From Piromyces finnis finn (lineage: Eukaryota > Fungi > Neocallimastigomycota): a stretch of 64,000 nucleotides of DNA. The DNA lies in contig MCFH01000012.1 of the NCBI GenBank assembly GCA_002104945.1, positions 868,001 to 932,000 of the forward strand. Reading direction: 5' to 3'. Shown piece after piece: positions 1 to 12,013 of the stretch. How positions within the stretch are numbered: position 1 is the first letter of the stretch; every line of letters starts with the position of its first letter. Made by a program: the position numbers and the translations under genes. The notes under the pieces were generated by a model. The model saw nothing but the letters and a program-made list of their open reading frames with translations. It searched no databases and was not told the DNA's origin.

Positions 1-579
1 AATATAAATTTAAAATATTTTGAAATTTTTTTTTAATAAAAATTTTTTTTTTTTTTTAAAAGATATACGTAGTATTTATATAAAAATAATAATAAAAATA
101 AATACTAATAATAATAAAAAAAAAGTATTCTGGAAAAAATCAAAAAATAAAAAACGAAAAAAAAAAAACAACTTTAATTTGATGTCATGGATGGTCAAAA
201 AAGGTTAATTAGAATATAAAATTAATTTAAAAAATTTTTTTTTCATAATTAACTTTAAATTTTAATTTAAAGGATAATTAATAAATTATCAAAACTTTAT
301 AAATTGTAAAAAAAACATGCCAATCGAATGGCAACCATAAACTATTTAAACTCTAAACCTAAATTGTTAATTAAATCTTAACAGACTATTGATAATAAAT
401 TATCACAAAGTTTCGGAATTTGACAGATAATTTAGTAAACTTAATTTTTTTTTTTTTACTGCTATGAGATAAATGAAAAATAAATAATTTTTTTTCGCCA
501 ATAAAAAATAATGAATGATCAATCATTCATCTCAACGCTATAAAAATCTAAACTTTAAATTTTAATAGCTACATGTGAC

Positions 580-3165
580 CTAATTCTTTTTATGGTAGGT
601 AAAAGGATGAAATAAAATAGTACTGGAAAGAAAAGAAAAAAAAAAAAAATACTTACTGGATGCAATATTTATACTAGCATGACGAGAATGAGCAGCAGCT
701 TTATGAGGCACATTTTTGTTTTCTTCTTCACGAATAAGATTTTCATTTAAACTAAGAGTAGAACCTTTAGTTTTTAAAGTATTTTGATTCTTTATATAAA
801 TGTAAAAGAGAGAAACAATGTTTTTATACTTGTATTCTTTAGCAATAGTTAATGGTGATTTTCCATTCTTATTTTTAAAAGAAATACTGGCTTCATAATC
901 CAATAAAAGACTTGCTAATTTTCTATTGTTATTTCTGACGGCGTGGAAGAGAGCAGTTTCCCCGTTCAAATCATATCTTTTATTAATAATGGCTTCATTT
1001 TCCAACAAGATTTTAGCTATTTTAAAGTTATTCATACGACAAGCAGCAATTAATGGCGTTTCTAACTGAACATTTAATGGATTAATGTTGATGCCTTTAC
1101 ACTTTAATAACTCATGAATAATTTCAACATTATTTTCATAGACAGCAAGCATTAAAGCAGTGTTACCATTATAGTTGGGTATGTTAACGTTAATTGATTC
1201 TTGGGCGAGCAATAAACGAACAATAGAAGTATAATTCTTTTTACATGCATTATGAAGAGCAGTGTTACCGTAGCGATCAACAGAATTTACATCTATGTCT
1301 AATGCATTTTCAGAACTTTCTTTTAAAAGTAATTCAACAATATTTCTTAAACCATAACGACAAGCTAAAATAAGAGCAGTATCCTTATATTCATTAGAAA
1401 GATTAACTTTTGCTTTTTTACGCAAGAGACCGCGAATGATATCATAGTAACAATTATCGACATTAATACTTTCATCCTTAACCCTGTAAACCTTGTCAAA
1501 GGAAACACGATGATTAATCACAGGAATATCTGTGTTAATGATATTCCTTCTCTTGGATATTTTATCGTCAATGGAAGAAGTAGAGGCACCGGAGAATGAT
1601 CTTTGATGACGATCATTTGTAGGGAGAATTAATTCATTTTCAGCAAAGGAACAGCTATGAATAGAGGCTTTATCCTCAAAGTTTTCTTCATGATCTGAAA
1701 GAGTATTATCACTATCACTAACATAAAGGGGTATAATAGTGTCGTCATTTTCTTGATCAATATTGGTAAAGATTCGGGAGTAATAATTATTATCAGTGAT
1801 TGAACTATTTTTGCTTGCGGCAAGGGTAGTAGAAGAATTAGAAGAAACTGTACTCACACTATCATCTTCTGGGAATGAGTCATTGGAATAAAGGTTGGAT
1901 AAATTAAAATCATCCTCTTCTGAAGTATCGATATGATGTTTCTTTAAGTATTTTTTAATGGCATAAATTAAAGGTGTATTCTTTTCAACGCCGAATTTTA
2001 CATCAACATTAATATTGATGTCTAAGAGACGATTAAGGATATTAACATTTCCAATACTGATAACTTTTTTCAACAAATTTTCATTTTCAGTTATTAAGAG
2101 AAGACGACCACCATAGTTAATGAGAGTTTCAACGATCGGAAGATTTTGATTTTCAATAGCAATACGAAGTGGATTTTTATCATCATTGGTAAGATGATGA
2201 ATATTTATACTACGACATGTTAATAACAATTTGACCATATCTAGTTGACCCTCACGAATAGCAATGGTTAAAGCACTTTCCCCTTGATTAACAAAATTCA
2301 AATCAACCTTGTTTTTAATCATAAATTTAGCGAGTTTTATGTAACCACGACGACAAAATTCCATAAGAAGACTATCTCCTTGCTTATTTCTGAGAGTGAG
2401 AATCAAATTCTTTTTATTTGGACTATTACTTTCAATTTCGATAACCTTTTTAAAGAGTTCTGGATGTTCAATTAATTGGAAAATAATATATTCATCATTT
2501 GCATCTTTAACCAAAGTAGTAGCTCCATTTTCAATCAACAATTTTATTAAATCCATATCTTCATTAGCTAAAGCCATTTCCATTGGGGTTTTTCCTTTTT
2601 TATTTTTATAGTTTATATTAATATTTTTATTTAGGAGAGATGCAACAATATTGTATTGTTTTTTTTCGATAGCTAAGAATAATGGACTTTCATCTTGATT
2701 ATTACGGGCATTGACATTAACATTGTATTGTAAAATTAAATCCACTAATTTTTCATTTCCGTTTGCAATAGCTAACATTAAGCAATTATCACCATTATTG
2801 TTTTTAATATTAAAATCAGAAGTGTAACTAATAATTTTTTCTATTACATTTTCATTTTTATTATGAATAATAGATAACATTAATGGTGTATTGCCGTTTT
2901 TATCTTTTTTATCGACAACAGTTGGATTAATTCTTAATAATTTTTCTAATAATTTAATACTATTTAAAGTGTCAATAAGATTAAATAACTTTAAGCCATT
3001 AGAGATAGCATTATTTGGACCCTTTTTAGCATTATTTTTTCCTTTTTTTAAAGAATGTTTAGCAGTTTTTTTTGAAATATCCTTTCCAAAAAATTTAATA
3101 TATACGCTATAAATACAAAGGAGTATGGATATTCCAAATACCATTAATTTTTTTCTCATATTCAT
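580..3165 (-). CDS. Ankyrin-repeat protein with N-terminal hydrophobic anchor; two ankyrin blocks separated by an acidic Ser-rich linker
   Basis: 861-aa ORF with many G-x-T-[PA]-L-x-x-A repeats (GNTPLMLS, GDNCLMLA, GKTPMEMA, GNTALHNA, GETALFHA). N-terminal LMVFGISILLCIYSVYIKFF segment. A GTAAGT donor at 656-651 suggests the last ~25 ORF codons are intronic; a possible tiny last exon lies at 579-569. Confidence 0.9.
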   Translation of the reverse strand: MNMRKKLMVFGISILLCIYSVYIKFFGKDISKKTAKHSLKKGKNNAKKGPNNAISNGLKLFNLIDTLNSIKLLEKLLRINPTVVDKKDKNGNTPLMLSIIHNKNENVIEKIISYTSDFNIKNNNGDNCLMLAIANGNEKLVDLILQYNVNVNARNNQDESPLFLAIEKKQYNIVASLLNKNININYKNKKGKTPMEMALANEDMDLIKLLIENGATTLVKDANDEYIIFQLIEHPELFKKVIEIESNSPNKKNLILTLRNKQGDSLLMEFCRRGYIKLAKFMIKNKVDLNFVNQGESALTIAIREGQLDMVKLLLTCRSINIHHLTNDDKNPLRIAIENQNLPIVETLINYGGRLLLITENENLLKKVISIGNVNILNRLLDININVDVKFGVEKNTPLIYAIKKYLKKHHIDTSEEDDFNLSNLYSNDSFPEDDSVSTVSSNSSTTLAASKNSSITDNNYYSRIFTNIDQENDDTIIPLYVSDSDNTLSDHEENFEDKASIHSCSFAENELILPTNDRHQRSFSGASTSSIDDKISKRRNIINTDIPVINHRVSFDKVYRVKDESINVDNCYYDIIRGLLRKKAKVNLSNEYKDTALILACRYGLRNIVELLLKESSENALDIDVNSVDRYGNTALHNACKKNYTSIVRLLLAQESINVNIPNYNGNTALMLAVYENNVEIIHELLKCKGININPLNVQLETPLIAACRMNNFKIAKILLENEAIINKRYDLNGETALFHAVRNNNRKLASLLLDYEASISFKNKNGKSPLTIAKEYKYKNIVSLFYIYIKNQNTLKTKGSTLSLNENLIREEENKNVPHKAAAHSRHASINIASSKYFFFFSFLSSTILFHPFTYHKKN

Positions 3166-6100
3166 TCTAGCATATTCATTTAAACGGAAATAAATGAAAG
3201 TTTTTTTTTTTTTTTAAAATAAGTATTATGAAAGAAAGAAAAAAAAAAAAAAGAGGTTAGTTTGTATTATAAATTATATTAAAAATATTATTATCTTTTA
3301 AATCTCTCGAAAAGAAAGGGTTAATTTTAGAATAAAAAGATTTTGTAACAAAGAATCTATTAAAGTTTAAAACTTTATTTTTTTTTTTAATTATTTTTCC
3401 CCCTAATAATAAAGTACAATTTTTTTCTACATAACGACGACAATAACAATAATATATATACATATATTTTAAATATATCCCATTTTTTTTATCTCTATAA
3501 TCTTTCTATAATTTTCACTATTCATTATTGACATAAAACTACCGAAACATATATTTTTTAATTGTTAAAATTTAAATTTTTATAAACTGCATTAAATGAA
3601 AACCAACAATAATTAAAAAAACAGTGATAAAAAAACAACAATAGTTTTAAAATATATCGCAATAATGTCAAAGAGATACATTATTTTCAAACATTTCTAT
3701 CAAGATTTCTATTATCTTATCGAGGATACTTACATAAATGAGTTCATTTTTTCATACTTTTTTCAAAAGTGCTTATTCTTTTTTTTCTTAATAATGTTAA
3801 TTCTGAATTAATATTATTATATATTTATTACAAATTACAACAATTTTGATGATTTGTTTTTTTTTTTAGATCTTTCTGTAAAGAAAAAAAAAAAAAAAAC
3901 AATTCAAAGTGTACTTTTCAATATATATATAAGCTAAGCTTTTTTTTTTTTCTGCTGTATTTTATTAGCTAATTTTTTTTAATGATGATACACATTTTTT
4001 AATAAATATTAATGAATAAATACTAATTATTTAAATAAATAGATATAATATTAATAAATGAATATTAATTAATAAATAAATAAATTAATAATATAATAGA
4101 TTATAATACTTTTAAATGTACATAATAAATTGTAATACATTTTGAAATATAAATAAAAAAGAATGAAATGTAAAGACAATTGAATTATAATATGTGCGTT
4201 ATATGTATTGTATTATACTACTTTGATATATTACATTATAATATATTATATATTAAATAAGAAAATTAATTAAACTATAAAAAAGAAACTTTTTTAACTC
4301 TTTTTAATATATTATAATTTTAATATGTATAAATAAAGATACTACATATATTAAATATATTGACATATATTATAATACATTACAATTATATACATTTTAT
4401 GATAAATTAAACTTTTAATATATTTTTTTTATATTTAAATTATCATTTTAATTAAACATTTATAATATATTGTAATCATATATACCTCATATATTAACTA
4501 TGAATTGATGAATACATTTCTATTAAATCAAAGTTGGCAAAGAAAAAATTTTATTCTTTGTGAAATTAATATTTATTTAAATTATTATTTATATATCCAT
4601 TTATATATTTAGTAGAATTAATATAGAATGATTAAATTTATTTAGTTATTCACTCATTTAATTGATGAGCAATTTAAATTGTTTTTGGTCACTTTCAGAA
4701 AAGAAAAGAAATTTGTTCTTTATATCTGCAGCGTTTGTGTGAATAGGAGTGTTGATGCGTGTAAATTCAAGTATTTGTGTATAAAATAAAAGAATAGAAG
4801 AAAGGTAAACCTACATTGCTATTATTTATGCCTATTTCATTTTCTATAATGCTGATATTTAGTTAAAAAAATAAGGATTTTAAGTTAAATCAATTATTTC
4901 ATGACTATAAAAAAAAAAGGCTTTTTTTATTATTCTATTTGCTATTATTCTATTTGTTATTTGCTAGTATTATGGTTATTATTAGCCTTTTTCTTATTAT
5001 TTTTAAAATATTAAAAAAATAATTTTTTAATTAATTAATAAAAAGTTTAATAACCTTTTTTTTTTGGTTTTAATCTGTCTCTTTATCTTTATTTTTTAAG
5101 AAAAAAAAAAAAAGTTATTAAACTATTTTTAAGTTTTAGGAAAAGTTATTATTATTTGTATTTTCTCTTCTTTTTTTTTCTTCTTCTTTTATATATTTCT
5201 TATATATTTATTCTATTAAGGATCAAGTTATTTAGAGAGGGAAAAAGTAATATATTAAAGTAATTCCATAAAATCAAAATATGAAAAATTTAAAGTAGAA
5301 AAAAAATTTTTTATAGGTTATTTTTACTGAACAAAAATAAAATTTTAATTGAAATACTAAAAAAAAAAAAAAACTATTTTGAAAAAAAAAAAAAAAGTAT
5401 CATTTTCATTTAATTGGAATATAAAAAGTTTAAAACGTTCAAATGTCTTTTTTTTTTTTTTTAAAAAAAAATCACTTATTTATTTATTATTTATTCATCT
5501 ATTTATCTATTATGAGTCAGAAAAAAAATAAATTGATGGTTTTTAATTAAAAAGTAAAAGGTTTCAAAAAAAAAAATATATATATATATATATGGTAGGA
5601 ATAATAATTTTTTAGATTTATTAATAATGAATTTTAATATTTATTCATTATTATTTATGTATGTATGTATGTATGTATGTATGTATGTATGTATTTAGTA
5701 TAAAGAGGATTAAATAATTGAATGAAGGAATAAATAGATTTAAGGAAAAATATAATCATTTTCAAGTTTAATTAATAAATGGAAGATCCATTTTAAATAC
5801 TTTATTTGTTTAAAAGGTTTTGTTTTCACTATTTTATAATAATATTATTATACTTTTATTTGTGGCAAAGAATAAATGGTTTTTATTAATATTATATTTT
5901 TTTTTAAAAAAAAAGTCAACTTCTTTCAATGAATAAATTAAAACTTATTAATAAAGTCTATAGAAAATATAATATATATATATATATTCATAGAATATAG
6001 TATCTAAGTATATATATATATGAAAAATATAAAGAGAAAAATAAAAAAAAAAAAGGTTTTATGTTTATAGTGTGTATTAACAGTTAAAATGAAGAAATAA

Positions 6101-6578
6101 TAGTTTTAAAATAAAAAATTAATTTATATATAAAAAATAAATAATTGATCCAAATTATTAATTATTAATTTTAATTGTATTTAAAAATGAATAATTAAAT
6201 TTGATAATGGAAGTTGTATAGTTTTAAGATATCAATATTAATTATAGATATTTCAAACAAATAGTATAGAATATGATAAGGACAATAAGGATTATATTAA
6301 AATTACTATATTTATTATATTAAAAACATTTAATAAAAATTTAAGTATATTAATTAGTATTGGTCCTTAAAAACTTACTATGAGACAATAATTATTCATT
6401 GTTATTAGTATTAATCATGAAGATAATTATAATGATTAGTAGTAGAAAAAGACTAATAACTAACTAATTAAATATATATAATACAAAACTAATTAACTTA
6501 CTAATTATTCTAATACTACTACTATTACTACTACTACTACTACTAATTTTCATTGATAAAAAGGGTAATGAAATAATA

Positions 6579-6950
6579 ATGGATAATAACAATTGTAATT
6601 GTAAATTATCAACAATTCACTTTACTGAATTACCTAAATTTAAAATTAAGAATAAAAACAATAATGACAATTTTATTTACAGTGATAAATTAAGTAAATT
6701 TTATAAGGATAACAAAAATGATGACAAAGATGATATTGAAGATGGTGCTATTAGCGATGAAGACGTAAATTCATGGGTCAAATTTTTAAATAATCCAAAT
6801 GATCCAATGTTTAGAAAAGAAGATACAGAAGATATATACAAAAAAGCAAGATCTGAATTATTATTTTTACAAGATGATGAAAAATTTAAAAAAGAATATA
6901 ATAAAAGACTAGATTCAATAATAGCAGAAAAATCAACTCGACTCCCATAA
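6579..6950 (+). CDS. Hypothetical 123-aa acidic/basic protein
   Basis: Single ATG-started ORF with protein-like composition (DEDVNSWVKFL...KKARSELLFLQDDEKFKKEY). No recognisable domain. Confidence 0.45.
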   Translation: MDNNNCNCKLSTIHFTELPKFKIKNKNNNDNFIYSDKLSKFYKDNKNDDKDDIEDGAISDEDVNSWVKFLNNPNDPMFRKEDTEDIYKKARSELLFLQDDEKFKKEYNKRLDSIIAEKSTRLP

Positions 6951-7844
6951 ATTTGAAAATTAGTTTTTCAATAATGTACACTATTGAAATAATGTTTTTG
7001 AATATTAACATAAAAACTAGCTAACTAAAGTATGAACAATTCCTTATACATATTTATGTATATAGTTGTATTAGAAGGTGTTTTTTTTTTTATTTTTTTT
7101 TTTAACCCAGAGCTATAATCTTCCTCAATTTTTAAAATTATAAAAAATGCTTTGCGCTTCTTTTCTAGATTATTAATAGTTCTAACCCTTTGAAAATGAA
7201 TAATTATGTTTCTTACATAGATGAAATAAAAAATAAAAAAGATAATTTACATTTTTATTGGTTTATTAATTTATTTTATTTTATTTTATTTTATTTTATT
7301 TTTTATTTTGATAAACATCTACTTCAATATTGAATACTTAATATATATAAATAATTTATTATTTATTATTTTTATCATTATTAATGTAATATATAATATA
7401 TATATTTTTTCAATATAATTTTTATACCATTCCTTTTCTTTTTTCTTAGTTGAAGCTTTTCTTATAATATCAGACATATAAAAATTAAATTTAAAAGTTT
7501 TAATCTAATCAATATCTTAATACAATAGGCCTTGGTTCTTTGCATTATTTAAGCCTCTTTTTTATATTATAAAAGAAATGTTATCATATATTATTACTGT
7601 AATAATAATATTATTATTATAAATGTAAAAATAGGTTATTTCATAATTTATTATTAAATTAGACGTTTTTATTTTAAAAAAAGGAGTTAAATATAAAACA
7701 AAAAAGAAATGTCTAAAATATTATTATTAATAAATTAATAAAAAAAGTATAAAAAAGAAGCTTTTCTTTTTTCTTTTTTTTTTTTTTTTTTTACGCGTAT
7801 TAATATAAATTTATCCAAATTTTAAATTTATAATATAATTAATA

Positions 7845-10321
7845 ATGAAATATAAAGAAATTAACATTAGCAAACTTTATAATTTTATTAAAGAGATAAA
7901 GCAAAAAGAAACAATATATAAAAGAGAATTATTGAACGAAAATGAACTAATAAACGAAAATGAAGAATACACTATTGCATTTTATGGTATGATATGGAAA
8001 TGATTAATATAATATATACTAATATTGAAAAATAAATTCTAATTTCTTTATATATGACGGCAGGGATGCAATCGCATGGTAAATCAAGTGCTATCGAATC
8101 TATAACAGACATATATATCCCACAAGGAAATAACACCGTTACATTATGTCCATTAAAGTTGGTAATAAGAAATTCAATAAAAAACTCAATAGAAGAGAGT
8201 GTAACTATAAAGTATGAAAATGATGAAGAAATTGAAAGTATACGAATTGAAGATATTGGAGATAAGGTTGCCGAATATCAAAATAGATTAAAAGAAAAAT
8301 ATAGAGATGAATTAAGTGAAGATGATAGTGTCACTTTATTTGACGAAGTAATTGAAGTAGAAGTCCATAGGGGGGATTATCCAAATTTAACAATATATGA
8401 TTTGCCTGGGATAACTTTGAATAATTATAAGATTCAAGATCATAGTGAAAGAATTAGTCGAAAGTATTTAATGAATGAAAAAACTACAGTTTTTCTTGTT
8501 ATTACTGCAGGCGATGAAATGGACAATATGCGTTCAGTACAATTAATGAAAGAAATTCCAAATTATAAGAAAAAATTTATTCCAGTAATAAGTAAATCTG
8601 ACATGTTAAATGAAAATAATGTCAATAGTATTGTAAATCAAGTTAAAAATTTAGAATTAAAGAATAAACCATATTTTATTGTAAATAAGTATGGAGAATA
8701 TAAGAACCTTTCAAATGAAGATATGAAAAAGAAAGAAATGAACATACTTAATGGAATAAGCTCCTTAAAAAATGATCCAAATGTTAATTTAGGAACAAAA
8801 AAATTAATAGATAATTTAATTAATATTGAAATTAAAAATTTATTCAAAACATTAAGCAATGTTAATGCTAAATTAGAAAAAAACATAAACTTATGTAATA
8901 GAAAATTAACTAATTTTCAGAATAATAAGGATAATAATAAACCAGAAGATGCTCGTAGTACAATCCATGAACTCATAAATGAATTTTCTAGAGAGATAAT
9001 AAAAAAAACAAAAATGTTAGAATGTAATGAGGAGGGTTTACCAAGAAAAAATTTAATTATTTATAAAATAAAACTTAATTTTAGAGAATGCATAAAAGAT
9101 GTTAAAACTAAAATGAATAAATTGTTAACAAAAGAATTTTGTAATAAGGTCACTAACAACATTATTCAAAATAATGCTGATAATATATCAATTGTAGGAG
9201 ATGGTATTCCCTTTAATCTTTTACTGACTGAAGAAATTGAGAATATTTTTGAAGTTGATATAAAGAATAGTATAGATACAGTTTACAATATCATGTATGA
9301 TGATATAACATCTTTTATTGATGATTTTTTTAAAGATTATCCATATTTAAAAGATGAAATTAATTATTTCTTTGAAGAATATGCAATGGAAAAAAAGAAT
9401 GCTGTTATAAAGTTTTATAAAGAATTGAAAACTTTAAATAGTAATAGAATATCTACATATAATAGTGATTTAATTATAAAACATAATTATTTAGTTAAAG
9501 AAATCAATTCCTGTCTTCTTGAAGGATCTATTGATATATATAAAAGTAATAATGATCTTAATGTAGATGATGAATATACAGATAATGATAATACACAATA
9601 CGAAGAAACCGAATATGTGAACAATAATGATTCAACCTATAGTTTTGGTGAAGAAACAGATTATGTGAACAATAATGATTCAACCTATAGTTTTGGTGAA
9701 GAAACAGATTATATGAATAACAATGATTCAACCGATAAGTTTGGTAAAAAAATTTTAAAAAGAAATAATAAAAATACAAAAAATAGTATTTTATTTATTA
9801 AATGTCTTGTCAATTACGAAAATGATAAAATATTTAAAAAAAAAGAATATAATGAGTGCATTGGAAGAAATAAAGTAGCTCTTTCTTTAGATAAAATATT
9901 AAATTTTGATGACAAACTTTATGATAATAATACTATTTCTTTTATTGATGAATATGCATTTGTTCCAGGATTCCAATATATTAAAAAAGATAACCTTGAC
10001 AAATTTAAAGAACATATCAAAAATGGTAGTATAGAAATTAAAACAGCAAATATTGTCGTTCAAATGTTATCCTATATAGAAATTATGTTGAATAGGGTTC
10101 TTGATATGATATTTATGAGTGCAGAAACAAATTTATATGATAAATTAATAGACAATGATATGATTGGATATATAAAGAGTAAAATTGGTTCAAATGATTT
10201 ACCAAGGTTATTAGAAATGCCACAAAAGCAAGCTGAAGAAAAATTAAAATTAGAAAATAAATTAAAAGAATTTAAAGAATTGAAGAAGAAGTATGATGAA
10301 TTAAATATTAATACTAAATAA
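7845..10321 (+). CDS. Dynamin-superfamily (Mx-like) GTPase; exons 7845-7986 and 8064-10321
   Basis: Splicing GTATGA(7987)...CAG(8063) restores the P-loop IAFYGMQSHGKSS. Also G2 VTLCP, G3 DLPG, G4 SKSD, a helical middle domain and a C-terminal GED-like segment (QMLSYIEIMLNRVLD...LKLENKLKEFK). No PH domain. Confidence 0.9.
9602..9745 (+). repeat. In-frame 48-bp tandem repeat x3 (EET[ED]Y[VM]NNNDSTxxFG) inside the Mx-like gene
   Basis: Units start at 9602, 9650 and 9698; read directly from the sequence. Confidence 0.95.
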
Positions 10322-10322
10322 A

Positions 10323-10353
<31 letters not shown>

Positions 10354-10763
10354 TTAGAATAATAATAATATTTTTAATAAATTATAGTATATAGAATAGG
10401 TATAAAATGTTTTTTTTATAGAATAATATTTAGAATATTTTTTTTATATGTAAAACTGTTTTAATAAAAATAAAATAAAGTTATATTTTTATAAATATAA
10501 CGAAAACAAATTTTAAAAGTTTCAAATATTCCTTAATTGTAGTAGAAAATATTTAGTAAATTTTATTCGAAAGATTTTTATTTTTATAAACTTTTTTACT
10601 ACTTATTATATTTATTATTTTATAATAATTAATGATTAATAATATCAAGAAAGACATCTTTAATTTTATATCTTTTTAATATTTTAATATACTAAAATCA
10701 TAAAAATCATAGAATTTCTTTATATATTTCATATTAAATATATTTATTATATATTTAAGCAAA

Positions 10764-11173
10764 TACTACTACTACTACTACTACTAATACTAATACTAAT
10801 ACTAAAATACTAATACTAATACTAATACTAATACTAATACTAATACTAATACTAATACTAATACTAATACTAATACTAATACTAATACTAATACTAATAC
10901 TAATACTAATACTAATACTAATACTAATACTAATACTAATACTAATACTAATACTAATACTAATACTAATACTAATACTAATACTAATACTAATACTAAT
11001 ACTAATACTAATACTAATACTAATACTAATAATACTAATACTAATACTAATAATACTAATACTAATACTAATACTAATACTAATACTAATACTAATACTA
11101 ATACTAATACTAATACTAATACTAATACTAATACTAATACTAATACTAATACTAATACTAATACTAATACTAA
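10764..11173. repeat. Microsatellite (TAC)n then (TACTAA)n, about 65 hexamer units
   Basis: Near-perfect hexamer array with two 3-bp interruptions near 11030-11050. It explains the LV-repeat shadow ORF. Confidence 0.98.
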
Positions 11174-12013
11174 CACTTGGTAAATATTTTTATATTTAGT
11201 TACTTAAAAAGAAATATTATTAAATGATTAATCTATTTCAAAAATTAATAAAAATGAATATTTAAATAGGAATAAAGTTTCATATATTCATATTTCAATA
11301 ATACTACTTTTTTTTTTTTAATGCTCTCTTTAATTTCATTTTATAATTTTTTAAAAGGAAACATTTCTTTATATTATATCAATGTAAAAATATTATTATT
11401 ATTTCATTTTTTTTATTTTATAATAGTAATATTAAAAGTAGCCAACGTTATTCCATTTCATTTCGTTTTAAAATTGCATAAAAAAAAAAGAAATTTAAAA
11501 CCAATACAATATTTCAATTTATTATATAAATGATACTATTACTTATTATTTTTTTTCTTTTCTTATATTTTAATTGTTTTTATATTACTTTATGTTATCC
11601 TTGAATTATCTTTTAAAGTATTCAATTTTTTTCTTTTTTAAAAGAATTTGAAAATATTTGTGTAACTTAAATCATATAAAAAAGTAACCGCAATTAAAAT
11701 TTTAATTTATTTTTTAATTTAATTACATGAAATTTGGAAAATTTCTTTTTATTAAAAAAGAAAATAACGGCAAAAAATTGAAATGGAATTAAATTAAAAA
11801 TAATTAATTCTATATATAAAAATAAACTTTTTCATATATAATTATTCAATAGTCAAATAATTAAAATAATTTTCTGTAATTTTGATGATGAGCCAATAAA
11901 AATTGAAAATTATAATTTTTAATAATAATAATAAAAAAAAAAAAAACAATATAAAATTAAAGAGAAACGACTTTTTTTTTTTTTTTAAATAGTTTTACTT
12001 TATAAAAATAAAA

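Noticed and set aside
20-208. Short K/F/N-rich ORF, and similar ones (3257-3463, 11321-11533, 13753-13965, 14278-14517, 19053-19313, 31826-32032, 32538-32771, 38695-38898, 48012-48242)
   Set aside because: Homopolymer-driven composition typical of chance ORFs in AT-rich intergenic DNA; no motifs.
4660-4855. GC-richer patch with TGATGA and CTGA, a possible C/D snoRNA
   Set aside because: Boxes ~190 nt apart, no terminal stem or recognisable rRNA antisense element identified; such short words are expected by chance.
10802-11176. LV-repeat ORF, and a telomere-like reading of (TTAGTA)n
   Set aside because: The ORF is a translation of the microsatellite. The repeat is internal, not G-rich, and is not TTAGGG.
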